Positions 36,976-47,389 of a stretch of 64,000 nt of DNA are shown here, piece after piece. Made by a program: the position numbers and the translations under genes. The stretch covers positions 24,038 through 88,037 of the forward strand of contig CAIQIZ010000028.1 of the NCBI GenBank assembly GCA_903872035.1, in the 5' to 3' direction. The notes under the pieces were generated by a model. The model was not told the DNA's origin. It worked only from the letters and a program-made list of their open reading frames with translations, and did not search any database. Origin of the DNA: an uncultured bacterium. Its GTDB lineage: Bacteria > Patescibacteriota > Minisyncoccia > Phycocordibacterales > PALSA-1337. Position 1 is the first letter of the stretch. The number at the start of each line of letters is the position of its first letter.

Positions 36976-38112
36976 ATGCAATTATACAACCGTTCTACAA
37001 AGAAATACGTCTCCCCTTTGAAGCGTCTCATGACTTGGACAGCCGTCTATTTGTTCCCGGTTATTATTGTCGTCATCCTATTCTCGAAGACCGCCCACGC
37101 CGGTCTTCTTTCGTTCGTTAATTCTATTATGGGAGGAGAACAAGCATCGGCTAGCGTCACTGTTCCTCGATCAGCTTTGAACTCGCAGACTATACCCCTA
37201 TTAAAAGGAAACGTCGCTTTCAATCCTACGTCAGTGCTGGCCGATGAGACGATTCCTGTAGGTGATGATGGTCAGACTCTTATGCCAGATATGGCTGCCA
37301 ATAATACGGATAGCACCGATGCTGGCAATTTGCAGAAAAGCACATATATTGTCCAACAAGGTGATAATATTTCGAGCATCGCCGATATGTTCGATGTAAC
37401 TGTTGATACTGTAAAGCAAGCGAACGATTTGACGGGAAATACTGTAAGAGTTGGTCAGACTCTCACAATCCTTCCGGTCTCTGGTATTTTGTATACAGTC
37501 CAGTCCAAAGATACGCTTCAGTCGATCGCCAACAAAACAAAGGCTAATATTGACGATATTCTTGTATATAATGACCTTTCCTTATCTTCAAAGATCAAAC
37601 AAGGACAACAGTTGATCATTCCGCACGGAAAGCCGTCAGCTTCGGATATCCGGACATACCTTTCCAGTCAGAAGATGAAAGTACCTTCATTTGAACCTAT
37701 TCTCGACGCTGTCTGGAATTGGCCGTCATACCCAGGATTCTTCTCTTGTCCGGTGCCAGGAGGGCGCTTGACCCAAGGATTACATGGTCACAACGCTATC
37801 GACTTGGCTGCTCCACGAGGCACGCCTATACGAGCAGCCGCCGCTGGGACCGTGATCGTGAGCAAATCTAATATTCAAGATGGCCATAACGGCAATGGTG
37901 GTTACGGAAATTTTGTCATGGTCTCACATTCGAATGGTTCGGAAACGTTATATGCCCATATGTCGAAGCCGACGGTTTCTTCTGGTGAGCAGGTTTCCAA
38001 GGGAGAGACCATCGGATACATCGGAATGACAGGGCTCAGTACTGGTCCACATACTCACTTTGAGATCCGTAAGGCCCAGAACCCGTTCGTCAATCCTGTC
38101 CTCTGTCAGTAG
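36976..38112 (+). CDS. LysM-repeat M23 family peptidase
   Basis: Two LysM repeats (YIVQQGDNISSIA, YTVQSKDTLQSIA); HNAIDL, YAHM and STGPHTHFE M23 motifs. Confidence 0.93.
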   Translation: MQLYNRSTKKYVSPLKRLMTWTAVYLFPVIIVVILFSKTAHAGLLSFVNSIMGGEQASASVTVPRSALNSQTIPLLKGNVAFNPTSVLADETIPVGDDGQTLMPDMAANNTDSTDAGNLQKSTYIVQQGDNISSIADMFDVTVDTVKQANDLTGNTVRVGQTLTILPVSGILYTVQSKDTLQSIANKTKANIDDILVYNDLSLSSKIKQGQQLIIPHGKPSASDIRTYLSSQKMKVPSFEPILDAVWNWPSYPGFFSCPVPGGRLTQGLHGHNAIDLAAPRGTPIRAAAAGTVIVSKSNIQDGHNGNGGYGNFVMVSHSNGSETLYAHMSKPTVSSGEQVSKGETIGYIGMTGLSTGPHTHFEIRKAQNPFVNPVLCQ

Positions 38113-38121
38113 TTCCATATC

Positions 38122-39648
38122 TCAATTAATCTTTTGTCTATATTGTAGAGTTTCTAGGACATGTTCTTTTTCTATGGACAGGTTTCCTCCAAGATCGGCG
38201 ATCGTTCTGGCGACTTTGATGACTCGGTGGAATCCCCTGCCGGAAAGTCCGAGATTTTTTGCTGAGGCAGTGAGGAGTGATCGGGCATCGTCACTCAGCA
38301 TAATGCATTTCTCTATATCAGAGGCGTCCATTTCACTGTTGTATTGTTTGCGAATTCCGTGTTCAGTAAAACGTTTTTGCTGCGTATCTCTGGCCGCTAT
38401 GACGCGGGCTCTGACGGTTTCCGAATCTTCCGCGTCAGATGTCGGTGCGGCTAGCTTCTCATATTCGATCTTGTGGATATTGAGCCAAATATCCAGCCTG
38501 TCTATGATCGGCCCTGACATCTTGCGTCGATAGTTTTCCAGGGCTTTGGTCGTGCAGGTACATCCTTGGTCCCGACCCTTACCACAAGGGCATGGATTCA
38601 TAGAAGCGATGAGGATGCATTGGGCTGGAAATGTCACGGTGCCGCGGGCGCGGGATATCGTGATATGCCTATCTTCAAGCGGTTGACGCAAGGCTTCGAT
38701 AACCGCCCGATCGAATTCCGGAAATTCATCCATGAAAAGAACGCCGCGATGCGCCAAAGATATCTCGCCGGGCTTGGGTATATTGCCTCCGCCGACTATC
38801 GAAGGATATGAAGCTGTGTGATGAGGCGAACGGAATGGAGGTTCGGTTACCATGAAATCCCCCAGGATGTGAGCAGCGGAATGGACACTGGTAACTTCGA
38901 TCGATTGTTCATAAGAAAGCGGCGGAAGGATCGAGGAAAAGCTTTGGGCTAGCATGGTCTTACCTGTCCCTGGAGGTCCATACATGAGGATGTTGTGGGC
39001 GCCGGCAGCAGCGATCTCTAGCCCACGTTTACTAGATTTGTTACCTCGAATGGCGCGCATGTCCATGATGTAGACCCCCTTTTTCGGCATAGCGGACGGC
39101 AGCCGTGGAGTGAGCGGGATAACTCCTGCCCTGCCCATAAGATGGTCGATCGTCTCCCCAAGTGACGAGACGGGGAATATGGTCAATCCTTGGGCGAGCG
39201 ACGCCTCCTCTTGGTTTTCTTTAGGAATATACACTTGAGTAAATCCTTGCGCAGTCGCCTGACAAAGGATCGGCAATAAGCCGGCGACTCGTCGCACTTT
39301 TCCCTCCAAGGATAGTTCGCCTATAAAGAGCTTATGTTCGGTCTCAAGTTCAATATCTCCGGCTGCAGCTAGATACGCGAGTGCCATAGCTAGATCAAAC
39401 GACGGGCCTTCTTTGCGCAAGTCAGCTGGTGCCAGTGAGATAACCACCTTTTGGTTCTTTTGTTTTGGTGAAACGAATCCCGTGTTTTTGATAGCGGCGG
39501 CGATACGGTCCTTTGATTCTTCAATAGAACGATCCCCCAAACCGACCACGGAAAAGGAGTGAAGTCCATTTGAGATATCTACTTCAACGGTAATGATTTC
39601 CGATGTCAGGCCGATGAGTTCAGCGCAGTATGATTTTGCTAGGCTCAT
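38122..39648 (-). CDS. comM: ComM / YifB Mg-chelatase-like AAA+ protein
   Basis: LAPADLRKEGPSFDL, GPPGTGKT, PFRSPHH, GEISLAHRGVLFMDEFPEF, NPCPCG, VARTIADL. Confidence 0.94.
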   Translation of the reverse strand: MSLAKSYCAELIGLTSEIITVEVDISNGLHSFSVVGLGDRSIEESKDRIAAAIKNTGFVSPKQKNQKVVISLAPADLRKEGPSFDLAMALAYLAAAGDIELETEHKLFIGELSLEGKVRRVAGLLPILCQATAQGFTQVYIPKENQEEASLAQGLTIFPVSSLGETIDHLMGRAGVIPLTPRLPSAMPKKGVYIMDMRAIRGNKSSKRGLEIAAAGAHNILMYGPPGTGKTMLAQSFSSILPPLSYEQSIEVTSVHSAAHILGDFMVTEPPFRSPHHTASYPSIVGGGNIPKPGEISLAHRGVLFMDEFPEFDRAVIEALRQPLEDRHITISRARGTVTFPAQCILIASMNPCPCGKGRDQGCTCTTKALENYRRKMSGPIIDRLDIWLNIHKIEYEKLAAPTSDAEDSETVRARVIAARDTQQKRFTEHGIRKQYNSEMDASDIEKCIMLSDDARSLLTASAKNLGLSGRGFHRVIKVARTIADLGGNLSIEKEHVLETLQYRQKIN

Positions 39649-39735
39649 ACTCGCATCATACAAGATGGAGATGAAGAAACTGTGAAGAAACCCTCAAAAA
39701 ATGATAAAAAGAGGTTCAAGAAACAATGAAGATTA

Positions 39736-39807
39736 TGGGGCAACGTAAATATGTACTGTTCCATAACTGTGGGCCAGTTTGAAACAGTACATATTTACGT
39801 TGCCCCA
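39736..39807. repeat. Hairpin family 2, copy 4
   Basis: tggggcaacgtaaatatgtactgtt...aactgtgggccagtt...aacagtacatatttacgttgcccca (25 bp perfect stem). Confidence 0.85.
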
Positions 39808-39821
39808 CTCTTAATTATTGA

Positions 39822-40202
39822 TTATTTTGTCACAGAAGAATCGTGTCTGTGTTTGATGGAAATACGAGATGAAGGGTTTGCTTCGAGGCGTTCCCTCTCA
39901 ATCGGTTTACCGCAGGTTTCGCAGATGCCGTAGGTTCCATTTTTGATACGTTCTAGAGCGGCGACGACTTCGGTACGTTGTCCTTCAAGTTGAGTTAATA
40001 TGCCGCTATTACCCTCATATTCTTCGAGTTTGTCGGCTACCTCATTTTCGTCTGCGGGATCCACCTCGATATCGGCGGTAGTGACCTGCCAATCATTGGG
40101 ATTACCAGGGTTTTTTTGGCCAACGCCAGAGAGCTCCTGCTCCAAGCGGACCTTTTCGGCCGAAAGTTTTTGTTCGAAATACTCGATGTCTTTCTTGTTC
40201 AT
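39822..40202 (-). CDS. DksA/TraR family protein
   Basis: Coiled-coil, ALERIKNGTYGICETCGKPIERERLEANP. Confidence 0.88.
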   Translation of the reverse strand: MNKKDIEYFEQKLSAEKVRLEQELSGVGQKNPGNPNDWQVTTADIEVDPADENEVADKLEEYEGNSGILTQLEGQRTEVVAALERIKNGTYGICETCGKPIERERLEANPSSRISIKHRHDSSVTK

Positions 40203-40211
40203 AATCCAATA

Positions 40212-41690
40212 TTAACGCATATATGATTGGTTTTCAAGCCGGGTCAGGATTTCCGAAAGAGATGATTCGTTCCCAGTTATAACGAGCGTGCCGCTATTCA
40301 CGAATGAATAAAGGAATGAGACCTGTCCGTCTGCGTTCTTGTATTCGCGCACATCTTTATTATCGACGATCTTGTTGATGAATTGTCCGCGCAGTGTGAC
40401 AGACGGAACTGGCGTGGCTGTGAATGTTGAAAAAGCGGTAGCTATCGTGGAAGTTGCGATCTTTGCTGAGGTGTGTGCTTTTGAGGATGTCGTGGCTGCT
40501 GTCGGTACGGCTATGGGAGATGGTGTCGGCAAGACTGCCGCGTTTGGACTCGTCGGCAAAACGGGAAGATATGGTTTCAAGTCATCTGGCATGCGATTTT
40601 CCCACTGCAACATGCCAGCAAAGCTGTTTTGGAAGAAGTTGTTTTGAGTTACGACAAAGACATTCCTTTGACCACGGGAATCCATATAGACGCCTAGCAT
40701 CCATGAGTCCTTGAGAGAACGGGACAAGATGTCCGGAGCCGGTATGCCCATGATCGAGAGCATGGTCGAGGCGGAGACGCGTACTTTGATGTTGTTTTGT
40801 GTGACGACCGGGACTATTTCCTTAACCGTATTTGCTGCTTGCGGTTTGGATATTTCATCTTGGACTCTGGATATGATGGTTTTCGCATTGAGGCCATCGA
40901 TTGGCAAGATAGATGAAATATCAGCAGTGACCAAGGCAGAGGTTGTTGGTTGATTGACTGCGAGAGGGGCTGTTTGTTTGACTGGAGCTATAGGGCTCTG
41001 TAGATATAGGTAATATGCTCCAAAGGCTCCGCCGCCCAAGAGTAGCAAAGATACGAGAGTCAGCAGCAAATTCTTGACTGTATGCGACTGGATGTATGGT
41101 TCGCGACGTTCGTGAGTGGCCATTTTTTCTTCACCTGTTTGTTTTTTGGTTTCAGCGATAGCGATAGAGGCGGTCGAAACGTGGGTGTGTGACATAAGGT
41201 CAGCCACGTCGCTTTCATAAGTGCGAATCGGTTTTATTTCAGGACTGTCCAGTGGAGTTGTCGGTTGCTTTGGGGGAGCTACGATCGGATCGCCAGTCAA
41301 TTTCTCGATCTCTGCGGAAAGCTTGCTTGCGGTCGTTTCGGCAGATAGGACGGTTTTTGTTGGTGGGTTCGCTGGACCTGTTCGGGCCGTTGGCGAAGCA
41401 GGATTTTGGTTTGGAGCTGCTGTATATGTTGGTGGAAATTCTTGAGGCGGGATCGGCGAAGGCGTTTCTTGTACGGTTTGTTGATTGACCAGCGAAGATA
41501 CCAAGACATCTCCAGATATTGGAACAGTCGGATCGGTGTCCGGAGATTCGTTTTCGTCCACCGGGGAAATGTTTAGGTCAGCCGTGATGTCAAAAACTTG
41601 TGGAGAGTGCGGACTATCATCCGGATCATCGTTCCCACCGTTTTGGTCAGGCACCGGAGTACTTTGAGGCTTGATTGTGTTCTCTTCCAT
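40212..41690 (-). CDS. Hypothetical single-pass membrane protein with Pro-rich N-terminus
   Basis: IRTYESD motif, central TM helix, FAGMLQWE and NKDVR motifs. Confidence 0.7.
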   Translation of the reverse strand: MEENTIKPQSTPVPDQNGGNDDPDDSPHSPQVFDITADLNISPVDENESPDTDPTVPISGDVLVSSLVNQQTVQETPSPIPPQEFPPTYTAAPNQNPASPTARTGPANPPTKTVLSAETTASKLSAEIEKLTGDPIVAPPKQPTTPLDSPEIKPIRTYESDVADLMSHTHVSTASIAIAETKKQTGEEKMATHERREPYIQSHTVKNLLLTLVSLLLLGGGAFGAYYLYLQSPIAPVKQTAPLAVNQPTTSALVTADISSILPIDGLNAKTIISRVQDEISKPQAANTVKEIVPVVTQNNIKVRVSASTMLSIMGIPAPDILSRSLKDSWMLGVYMDSRGQRNVFVVTQNNFFQNSFAGMLQWENRMPDDLKPYLPVLPTSPNAAVLPTPSPIAVPTAATTSSKAHTSAKIATSTIATAFSTFTATPVPSVTLRGQFINKIVDNKDVREYKNADGQVSFLYSFVNSGTLVITGNESSLSEILTRLENQSYMR

Positions 41691-41839
41691 TTGTTGTAAG
41701 TATAACGTTTTCTGCGCCGCTCTTCAAAGGTTGAAGGAATCATTGGATGGCTATATCTGAACACTGGTTCCAAATAACCCCCTCTGGAAGTGTTTCCGAG
41801 GGGATCATAATGGAATCATGTAACGAATTTTACCTGTTC

Positions 41840-43996
41840 CTAGAACCGACGCTTGAATTCTGGTCGAGGTTTTGGAACCTCTTCTTTTTTGTGGAAGAAA
41901 TCAGGATTTGCTTGTTTTATTGAGAGGTTTATGCGACCTTTGTCATCAACTTCCTTGACTACGACTGGTACCTTATCTCCCTCTTTGACATAAGTCTCAA
42001 CTCTCTCAACTCGGAATGGAGCAATTTCGGATACGTGCACCAATCCTTCAGCATTTGGTCCGATCTTAACGAATGCACCGAAATCCATGAGGCGCGTGAC
42101 TTCTCCGTCGAATTTTTCTCCAGGCATGTATTCACGAGTCATATTGAATATGATCTCTTTGGCTTTTTGAGCCGTCTCATTCTTTCCTGTGATGAAGATC
42201 GATCCATCATCTTCGATCGTTATATCTTCGACATGAGTGACATCACGAATCTCGTTGATAGTTTTTCCGCCAGAACCGATAACCAATCCGATCTGGTCAG
42301 GTTTGATCTTCATGACAATGATCTCTGGAGCGCTCGGAGAAATCTTGGCTCGCGGCACGGCTATCTCTTTTTCGATGACATCTAGGATCTGGAAACGAGC
42401 TTTCTTAGCTTTTTCAAAAGCTTCGCCTAAGATTTTCAATGGAATACCTCCAACCTTCACATCCATTTGGACTGCGGTGATTCCAGTACGAGTACCTGCA
42501 ACTTTAAAGTCCATATCTCCATGATGGTCTTCTGGGCCTTGGATGTCGGTCAGGACTTTGTATTCCAGATCCTTTCCTTGTTTACCACCCTTTCTCATCA
42601 TGAGCCCAGAGGCGATGCCTGCTACAGGTGCTTTTATGGGAACGCCGCCATCCATTAGAGCTAATGTTGAACCGCAGACCGACCCCATGGAAGTTGATCC
42701 GTTCGAAGCCATGGCTTCGGAGACGATACGAATGGTATATGGGAATTTGTCTTTCTCTGGAATCACAGGGTACAAAGCTTTTTCGGCTAAGGCGCCGTGT
42801 CCGATCATTCTCCTGTTGGTCCCGCCCATGCGCCCGGTCTCTCCTGTCGAAAACGGCGGGAAGTTGTAATGGTGCATGAACCTCTTGTTCTCTTCAACTG
42901 TGACACCCTCTATGACTTGGGCGTCGCCAGGTGAGCCAAGGGTAAGGACTGACATTATATGTGTGCCGCCGCGGTAGAATGTTCCGGAACCGTGAAGGAT
43001 TGGAGAAATCCCGCCGGCCTTGGCAAATAATGGGCGGATCTCATCCATTGTTCTACCATCTGGGCGTTTGTCGCTATCTATGGCTTGGTCGTGGATAAGG
43101 TCATTTACAGAACTCTCGAATGTTTCTAGAGCCATGCCAGCATTGCCATCCGGCAGCTTGTCTTTGAAGAGTTTCATCCATTCATCGGAAATTTCTTCCA
43201 GTTTTTTCTTACCAGGACCGCTGAAAACGTATTTAAGTAGCTTCGGTGCGATCTCTTTATCGAACAATTCCTTGGTGCCGGCCGTGGCTTTTGGTAATTC
43301 AACCTCTTTCTTTTCCTGACCGATGTCTTTGATTATCTTCTTTTGCCAGTCTTGGATGGTCTCGATTACTTCTGAGGCCTTAGCTAAGGCAGCGCTGACG
43401 ACATCCTCGCCGAGCTCCTTGCTGCCAACTTCGATCATATTGATCATCCCATCTTTTCCACAGGCGATAAGATCCAAAGTATTGCCAACCAAGTCACGAT
43501 CGGTGAAATTCGGATTGACTAGCCAGTCCGAATTCTTGCCGATGCGAACGGCTGAAACCGGACCATTCCAAGGAATATCTGAAGTTCCAAGCGCTAGAGA
43601 GGCGGCGATAACAGCCGCTATATCAGGATCATCTTGGTCGATTGAAAGAGTTGTTAATACAACTTGAACTTCGTGGCGCATCAATTGGTTAAAAAGAGGG
43701 CGAATCGTACGATCGACGATGCGTCCAGAAAGTATAGCCTCTGTTGAAGGTCTCCCCTCTCTGCGCATGAATCGGGATCCTAGAATTCTTCCTGTTGCAT
43801 AAAAACGCTCTTCGTAGTCGACTGTCAACGGAAAAAAGTCCCCTTCCTTGGGTTCTTTTCCCATCACAGCGGTGGCCATGACGGCGGTGTTTCCATAACG
43901 GACTATGACTGAGCCGTTCGCTTGGTCGGCTAGGTCATTGAATTCAGCGGAGAGAGTTCGTCCACCAACTTCCATGGAATATTGTTTTGTTTTCAT
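41840..43996 (-). CDS. pnp: Polyribonucleotide nucleotidyltransferase (PNPase)
   Basis: FFPLTVDYEER, RPDGR, HHYNFPPFS, SNGSTSMGS, DHHGDMDFKVAG; KH and S1 domains. Confidence 0.97.
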   Translation of the reverse strand: MKTKQYSMEVGGRTLSAEFNDLADQANGSVIVRYGNTAVMATAVMGKEPKEGDFFPLTVDYEERFYATGRILGSRFMRREGRPSTEAILSGRIVDRTIRPLFNQLMRHEVQVVLTTLSIDQDDPDIAAVIAASLALGTSDIPWNGPVSAVRIGKNSDWLVNPNFTDRDLVGNTLDLIACGKDGMINMIEVGSKELGEDVVSAALAKASEVIETIQDWQKKIIKDIGQEKKEVELPKATAGTKELFDKEIAPKLLKYVFSGPGKKKLEEISDEWMKLFKDKLPDGNAGMALETFESSVNDLIHDQAIDSDKRPDGRTMDEIRPLFAKAGGISPILHGSGTFYRGGTHIMSVLTLGSPGDAQVIEGVTVEENKRFMHHYNFPPFSTGETGRMGGTNRRMIGHGALAEKALYPVIPEKDKFPYTIRIVSEAMASNGSTSMGSVCGSTLALMDGGVPIKAPVAGIASGLMMRKGGKQGKDLEYKVLTDIQGPEDHHGDMDFKVAGTRTGITAVQMDVKVGGIPLKILGEAFEKAKKARFQILDVIEKEIAVPRAKISPSAPEIIVMKIKPDQIGLVIGSGGKTINEIRDVTHVEDITIEDDGSIFITGKNETAQKAKEIIFNMTREYMPGEKFDGEVTRLMDFGAFVKIGPNAEGLVHVSEIAPFRVERVETYVKEGDKVPVVVKEVDDKGRINLSIKQANPDFFHKKEEVPKPRPEFKRRF

Positions 43997-44173
43997 AATG
44001 AGTGCTCGCCTACAGATTTCAGCTTTGAAGTAAAAACTTCAATTCTGTTTATCTACAGGCGAAATTATCTATTAATGTACTTCGAACAAGCCTAATGTAG
44101 CACATCGATTCGTGATTTGACAACAAACAAGGTCACGACTGTGACCTTGAATTTGAAATAATTGAATCTAATC

Positions 44174-44698
44174 TTACCTCTTCCCACCCCCACCGCTCCT
44201 TAAGAGATATTTATGAGAAGCTTCGTCGAGATCCATGAAATTGTCAGCAGCCTCGATAAGTTTAGCTGATGTTGATTTGCCGAATGACACTACTTCGACT
44301 TGGCAACCTTGATTCATCTGCAAGTATTCAACTAGAGGTACGAAATCACCATCACCTGTTATAAGGATGACGGCATCTAGTTTTGGTGACAATTTGACGG
44401 CATCTATAGCTAGTCCGACGTCCCAGTCGGCTTTCTTGGCGCCAGAGCTGAAGATTTGTAAGTCTTTGACCTTTGTTTCTATACCCATCTTCGTTAAGGC
44501 TTCGAAGAAGGCGTTCTCTTCACCTGATTCCGTAGCGATGACATAGGCGACTGCCCTCACGAGCTTGCGACCATCCAGCGAATCCTTGACGATTTGGCCG
44601 AAATTGACCTTGGAATGATATAGATTCTTGCCGCTATGGTAGAGGTTTTGTGCGTCGATATAAACGCCGACGCGTTGTTCTTTGTGTTTTATGATCAT
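44174..44698 (-). CDS. NYN domain (LabA/DUF88) protein
   Basis: VYIDAQNL, KKADWDVGLAID, TGDGDFVPL, L..AADNF. Confidence 0.92.
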   Translation of the reverse strand: MIIKHKEQRVGVYIDAQNLYHSGKNLYHSKVNFGQIVKDSLDGRKLVRAVAYVIATESGEENAFFEALTKMGIETKVKDLQIFSSGAKKADWDVGLAIDAVKLSPKLDAVILITGDGDFVPLVEYLQMNQGCQVEVVSFGKSTSAKLIEAADNFMDLDEASHKYLLRSGGGGKR

Positions 44699-44809
44699 AA
44701 AAAATGATTACGATTAATTTATTAAAAAATTCTGTAAGTATTATAGTCCAAAAATCCAATAAAGTCCTGAAAGTCGGCTTTATGAACTTTCTAACTTGAA
44801 ACTTGATAA

Positions 44810-45076
44810 TTATTTCTTGAGTTCCAACTTCTTAATGATAGCTGAGTAGCGTCGAGGATAATTCTTTTTGAGATAGCCCAAATGTGTCTGGCGATCGGCG
44901 ACCATACCTAGAAGACCACGGCGAGAGTGATTGTCCTTGCGATGTTTGCGTAAATGACCTGTCAATTCATCTATCCTTTTGGTCAAAAGAGCGACCTGGA
45001 CTTCAGGAGATCCGCTGTCCTTCTCGTGTATGCCGGTTTCCTTGATAATCTTGGTCTTTTGTCTGGCTGTTAACAT
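44810..45076 (-). CDS. rpsO: 30S ribosomal protein S15
   Basis: DSGSPEVQVALLT.RI..LT.HL..H.KD.HSRRGL. Confidence 0.97.
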   Translation of the reverse strand: MLTARQKTKIIKETGIHEKDSGSPEVQVALLTKRIDELTGHLRKHRKDNHSRRGLLGMVADRQTHLGYLKKNYPRRYSAIIKKLELKK

Positions 45077-45150
45077 GATGGCTTATAGTAGCATGAATAG
45101 GTAGTGGGCGCAAGATACCAATATGTTTGCCTAGGTCTTACAATACATGT

Positions 45151-46074
45151 ATGTCGCACAATATACACGAGCTCAAACAGCAATTTTTGGAGTATTTGGA
45201 GATTGAAAAGGGTCGGTCGCTGAAGACTGTGATCAATTATGATCATTATTTGACGAGATTCTTGCAGTACGCCAAGCTCAAAAAGACGGAGGACATTACT
45301 GCTGACGTGGTCCGTGAATACCGTCTGTGGCTTAACCGCCAATTGACGGGTCGTAGCAGGACGAATAAGGGCGAAACTCTGAAGAAGAAGACACAGAACT
45401 TCCACTTGATCGCTTTGCGGGCATTTCTGAAGTTTTTGGCTAAAAGAGACATCCCTACTCTTTCACCAGAGCGAATCGAACTGGCGAAAGTTGGTGAAAG
45501 AGGCCTTGATCTAATTACTCCTGAAGAATTACGCCGGTTACTGGATGCGCCTAAGGGTAATGACTTAAAATCGTTGAGAGATAAGGCTATTTTGGAATGT
45601 CTATTCTCCACAGGCCTTCGCGTTTCCGAGCTCTGTTCCCTTCCAAGCGACATTAATTTGAATCGAGATGAGCTGTCAGTCAGAGGAAAGGGAGAGAAGA
45701 TCCGGGTAGTCTTTCTTTCGCCAGATGCCAAAGCTGCAATTAAGAGATATTTGGATAAACGCACTGATATGGACGATGCTCTATTCGTCAGATTAAATCG
45801 TGAGGAGGCCAAGAATGGTGATTTGGCTATGGACAAGCGGTCTGTCGAAAGAACCGTGAAGTATTGGGCTATAAAAACGGGAATATCAAAGAAAGTCACT
45901 CCACACGTTATTCGCCACTGCTTTGCAACGGACTTGCTATCAAATGGTGCCGATTTACGTTCAGTTCAAATGCTTCTTGGTCACGCAAACATCAATACTA
46001 CTCAGATTTACACCCATATTACAGACAGCCAGTTGCAGAAGGTGCATAAACAGTTTCATAATCGAAAAAACTAG
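45151..46074 (+). CDS. XerC/XerD-type tyrosine recombinase
   Basis: TGLRVSEL, GKGEK, PHVIRHCFAT, VQMLLGHA, TTQIYT (complete R-K-H-R-H-Y set); start at MSHN. Confidence 0.93.
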   Translation: MSHNIHELKQQFLEYLEIEKGRSLKTVINYDHYLTRFLQYAKLKKTEDITADVVREYRLWLNRQLTGRSRTNKGETLKKKTQNFHLIALRAFLKFLAKRDIPTLSPERIELAKVGERGLDLITPEELRRLLDAPKGNDLKSLRDKAILECLFSTGLRVSELCSLPSDINLNRDELSVRGKGEKIRVVFLSPDAKAAIKRYLDKRTDMDDALFVRLNREEAKNGDLAMDKRSVERTVKYWAIKTGISKKVTPHVIRHCFATDLLSNGADLRSVQMLLGHANINTTQIYTHITDSQLQKVHKQFHNRKN

Positions 46075-46107
46075 CCATTTGGTTAATTAATATCTTATAC
46101 TAACCAT

Positions 46108-46902
46108 ATGCGAATCATCTCCTGGAATGTGAACGGTATCAGATCTGTAGTAAAAAAAGGCTTATTTACTCCGTTTATTGAAAAATATCAGCCGGATATT
46201 TTGTGCTTGCAGGAAACCAAAGCCGAACAAGGTCAAGCAGTCATCGATCTAAGCGGATACGAGGAATACTGGAATTCGGCCAAGAAGAAGGGTTATTCTG
46301 GAACAGCAATTTTCACGAAATTAAAACCGATCGCTGTTTTTAATGATCTACCGGAGAATATTTGCACAAAATTTGGCTTGAAGGAGGACAAGTTTGGCGA
46401 TTCCAGGACCGAAGGCCGTGTGATCGCCGCCGAATTCGACAGATTCTTCGTTGTTACGGTTTATACGCCAAACGCAAAGGATGATCTTGGCAGGATTTCC
46501 CTACGTCACAAGCAATGGGACCCCGCATTCTTGGCCTATTGTAAAGAACTCGAATCAAAGAAGCCGGTTATTTTTTGTGGTGACTTGAATGTGGCGCACA
46601 CTCCAGATGATCTGGCGCGGCCGAAGGAAAATGAGGGATTGAAAGGCTTCACCAAAGAAGAACGAGAAGGGTTCCAGAATTTCATCGACGCCGGATTCAT
46701 CGATACATTCAGGATGTTCAATAAAGGCAATGGTTTTTACACATGGTGGTCTCATTGGTCCAATGCCCGAGCCCGAAATATTGGTTGGAGGATAGATTAC
46801 ATGATGGTCTCAAATACGTTGAAGAACAAGGTTGAATCAGCGGCTATTCACAGCGAGGTTTTGGGATCCGACCACTGCCCTATTGAAGTTGTTATCAAGT
46901 GA
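46108..46902 (+). CDS. xth: Exodeoxyribonuclease III
   Basis: ISWNVNGIR, LQETK, VYTPN, CGDLNVAH, WRIDY, GSDHCP. Confidence 0.96.
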   Translation: MRIISWNVNGIRSVVKKGLFTPFIEKYQPDILCLQETKAEQGQAVIDLSGYEEYWNSAKKKGYSGTAIFTKLKPIAVFNDLPENICTKFGLKEDKFGDSRTEGRVIAAEFDRFFVVTVYTPNAKDDLGRISLRHKQWDPAFLAYCKELESKKPVIFCGDLNVAHTPDDLARPKENEGLKGFTKEEREGFQNFIDAGFIDTFRMFNKGNGFYTWWSHWSNARARNIGWRIDYMMVSNTLKNKVESAAIHSEVLGSDHCPIEVVIK

Positions 46903-46970
46903 ATACGGATCATCTTACTCATTTGGGCGCTGTGGGCCAGCGACAAATGAGTAAGATGTGAGTATTCACT
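46898..46970. repeat. Hairpin family 2, copy 5
   Basis: agtgaatac-ggat-catcttactcatttg..cgctgtgggccagcg..caaatgagtaagatg-tga-gtattcact. Confidence 0.85.
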
Positions 46971-46984
46971 GTAGAGTTTCATGT

Positions 46985-47385
46985 AAAAGTAAAATCGCCA
47001 GAGGCGAGTTCAGATAGAATCCCGCATGGCGATTTTTGAAACACGCGGAATCTAAAGAACTCTTGGGTCTGTTGACCCCTCAGACCCTAAATGTTTGGAT
47101 CTGATTTCATCCACACCATTCCTGATAATTAGACGCACAGACTAATTATTGTAGTAGGTGATAGTGTGCTCTGTCTTTTTTTTTAGGTGCTCTCTCGTTC
47201 GAGGAGCTATAATTTTTTGAGACAAGATGCACTATCATCCTTAGCAACGGAAGGATGATATTTTAAATTGATTCCGCAAGCTTCGTGACACTGAGTAGTG
47301 TGAAGCCTACCTGACCATATATGAATGAACTGTAGTTTATCTTGTCCGACTTTCTGTCGAACACCTCGGTGACAAACTGGTCTGC
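46985..47385 (-). ncRNA. Candidate large structured ncRNA of unknown class (~400 nt)
   Basis: Upstream TTTACA-N17-TACAAT promoter; dense hairpins enclosed by GCGGAATC/GATTCCGC; terminator-like 3' hairpin; no ORF of 60 aa or more. Confidence 0.55.
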
Positions 47386-47389
47386 GACT

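Noticed and set aside
36687-37031. 114 aa minus-strand ORF, and similar short ORFs at 8790-9041 and 26402-26639
   Set aside because: They overlap hairpin repeats, promoters or real genes and lack protein-like motifs.
45151-46074. Prophage or island integrase
   Set aside because: XerC/D-like sequence flanked by housekeeping genes (rpsO, xth), with no att repeats or phage genes.
46985-47385. Possible tmRNA, RNase P RNA or T-box identity for the large structured region
   Set aside because: No tRNA-like ends or tag ORF, no P4 pseudoknot pair, no T-box sequence and no downstream gene on that strand.
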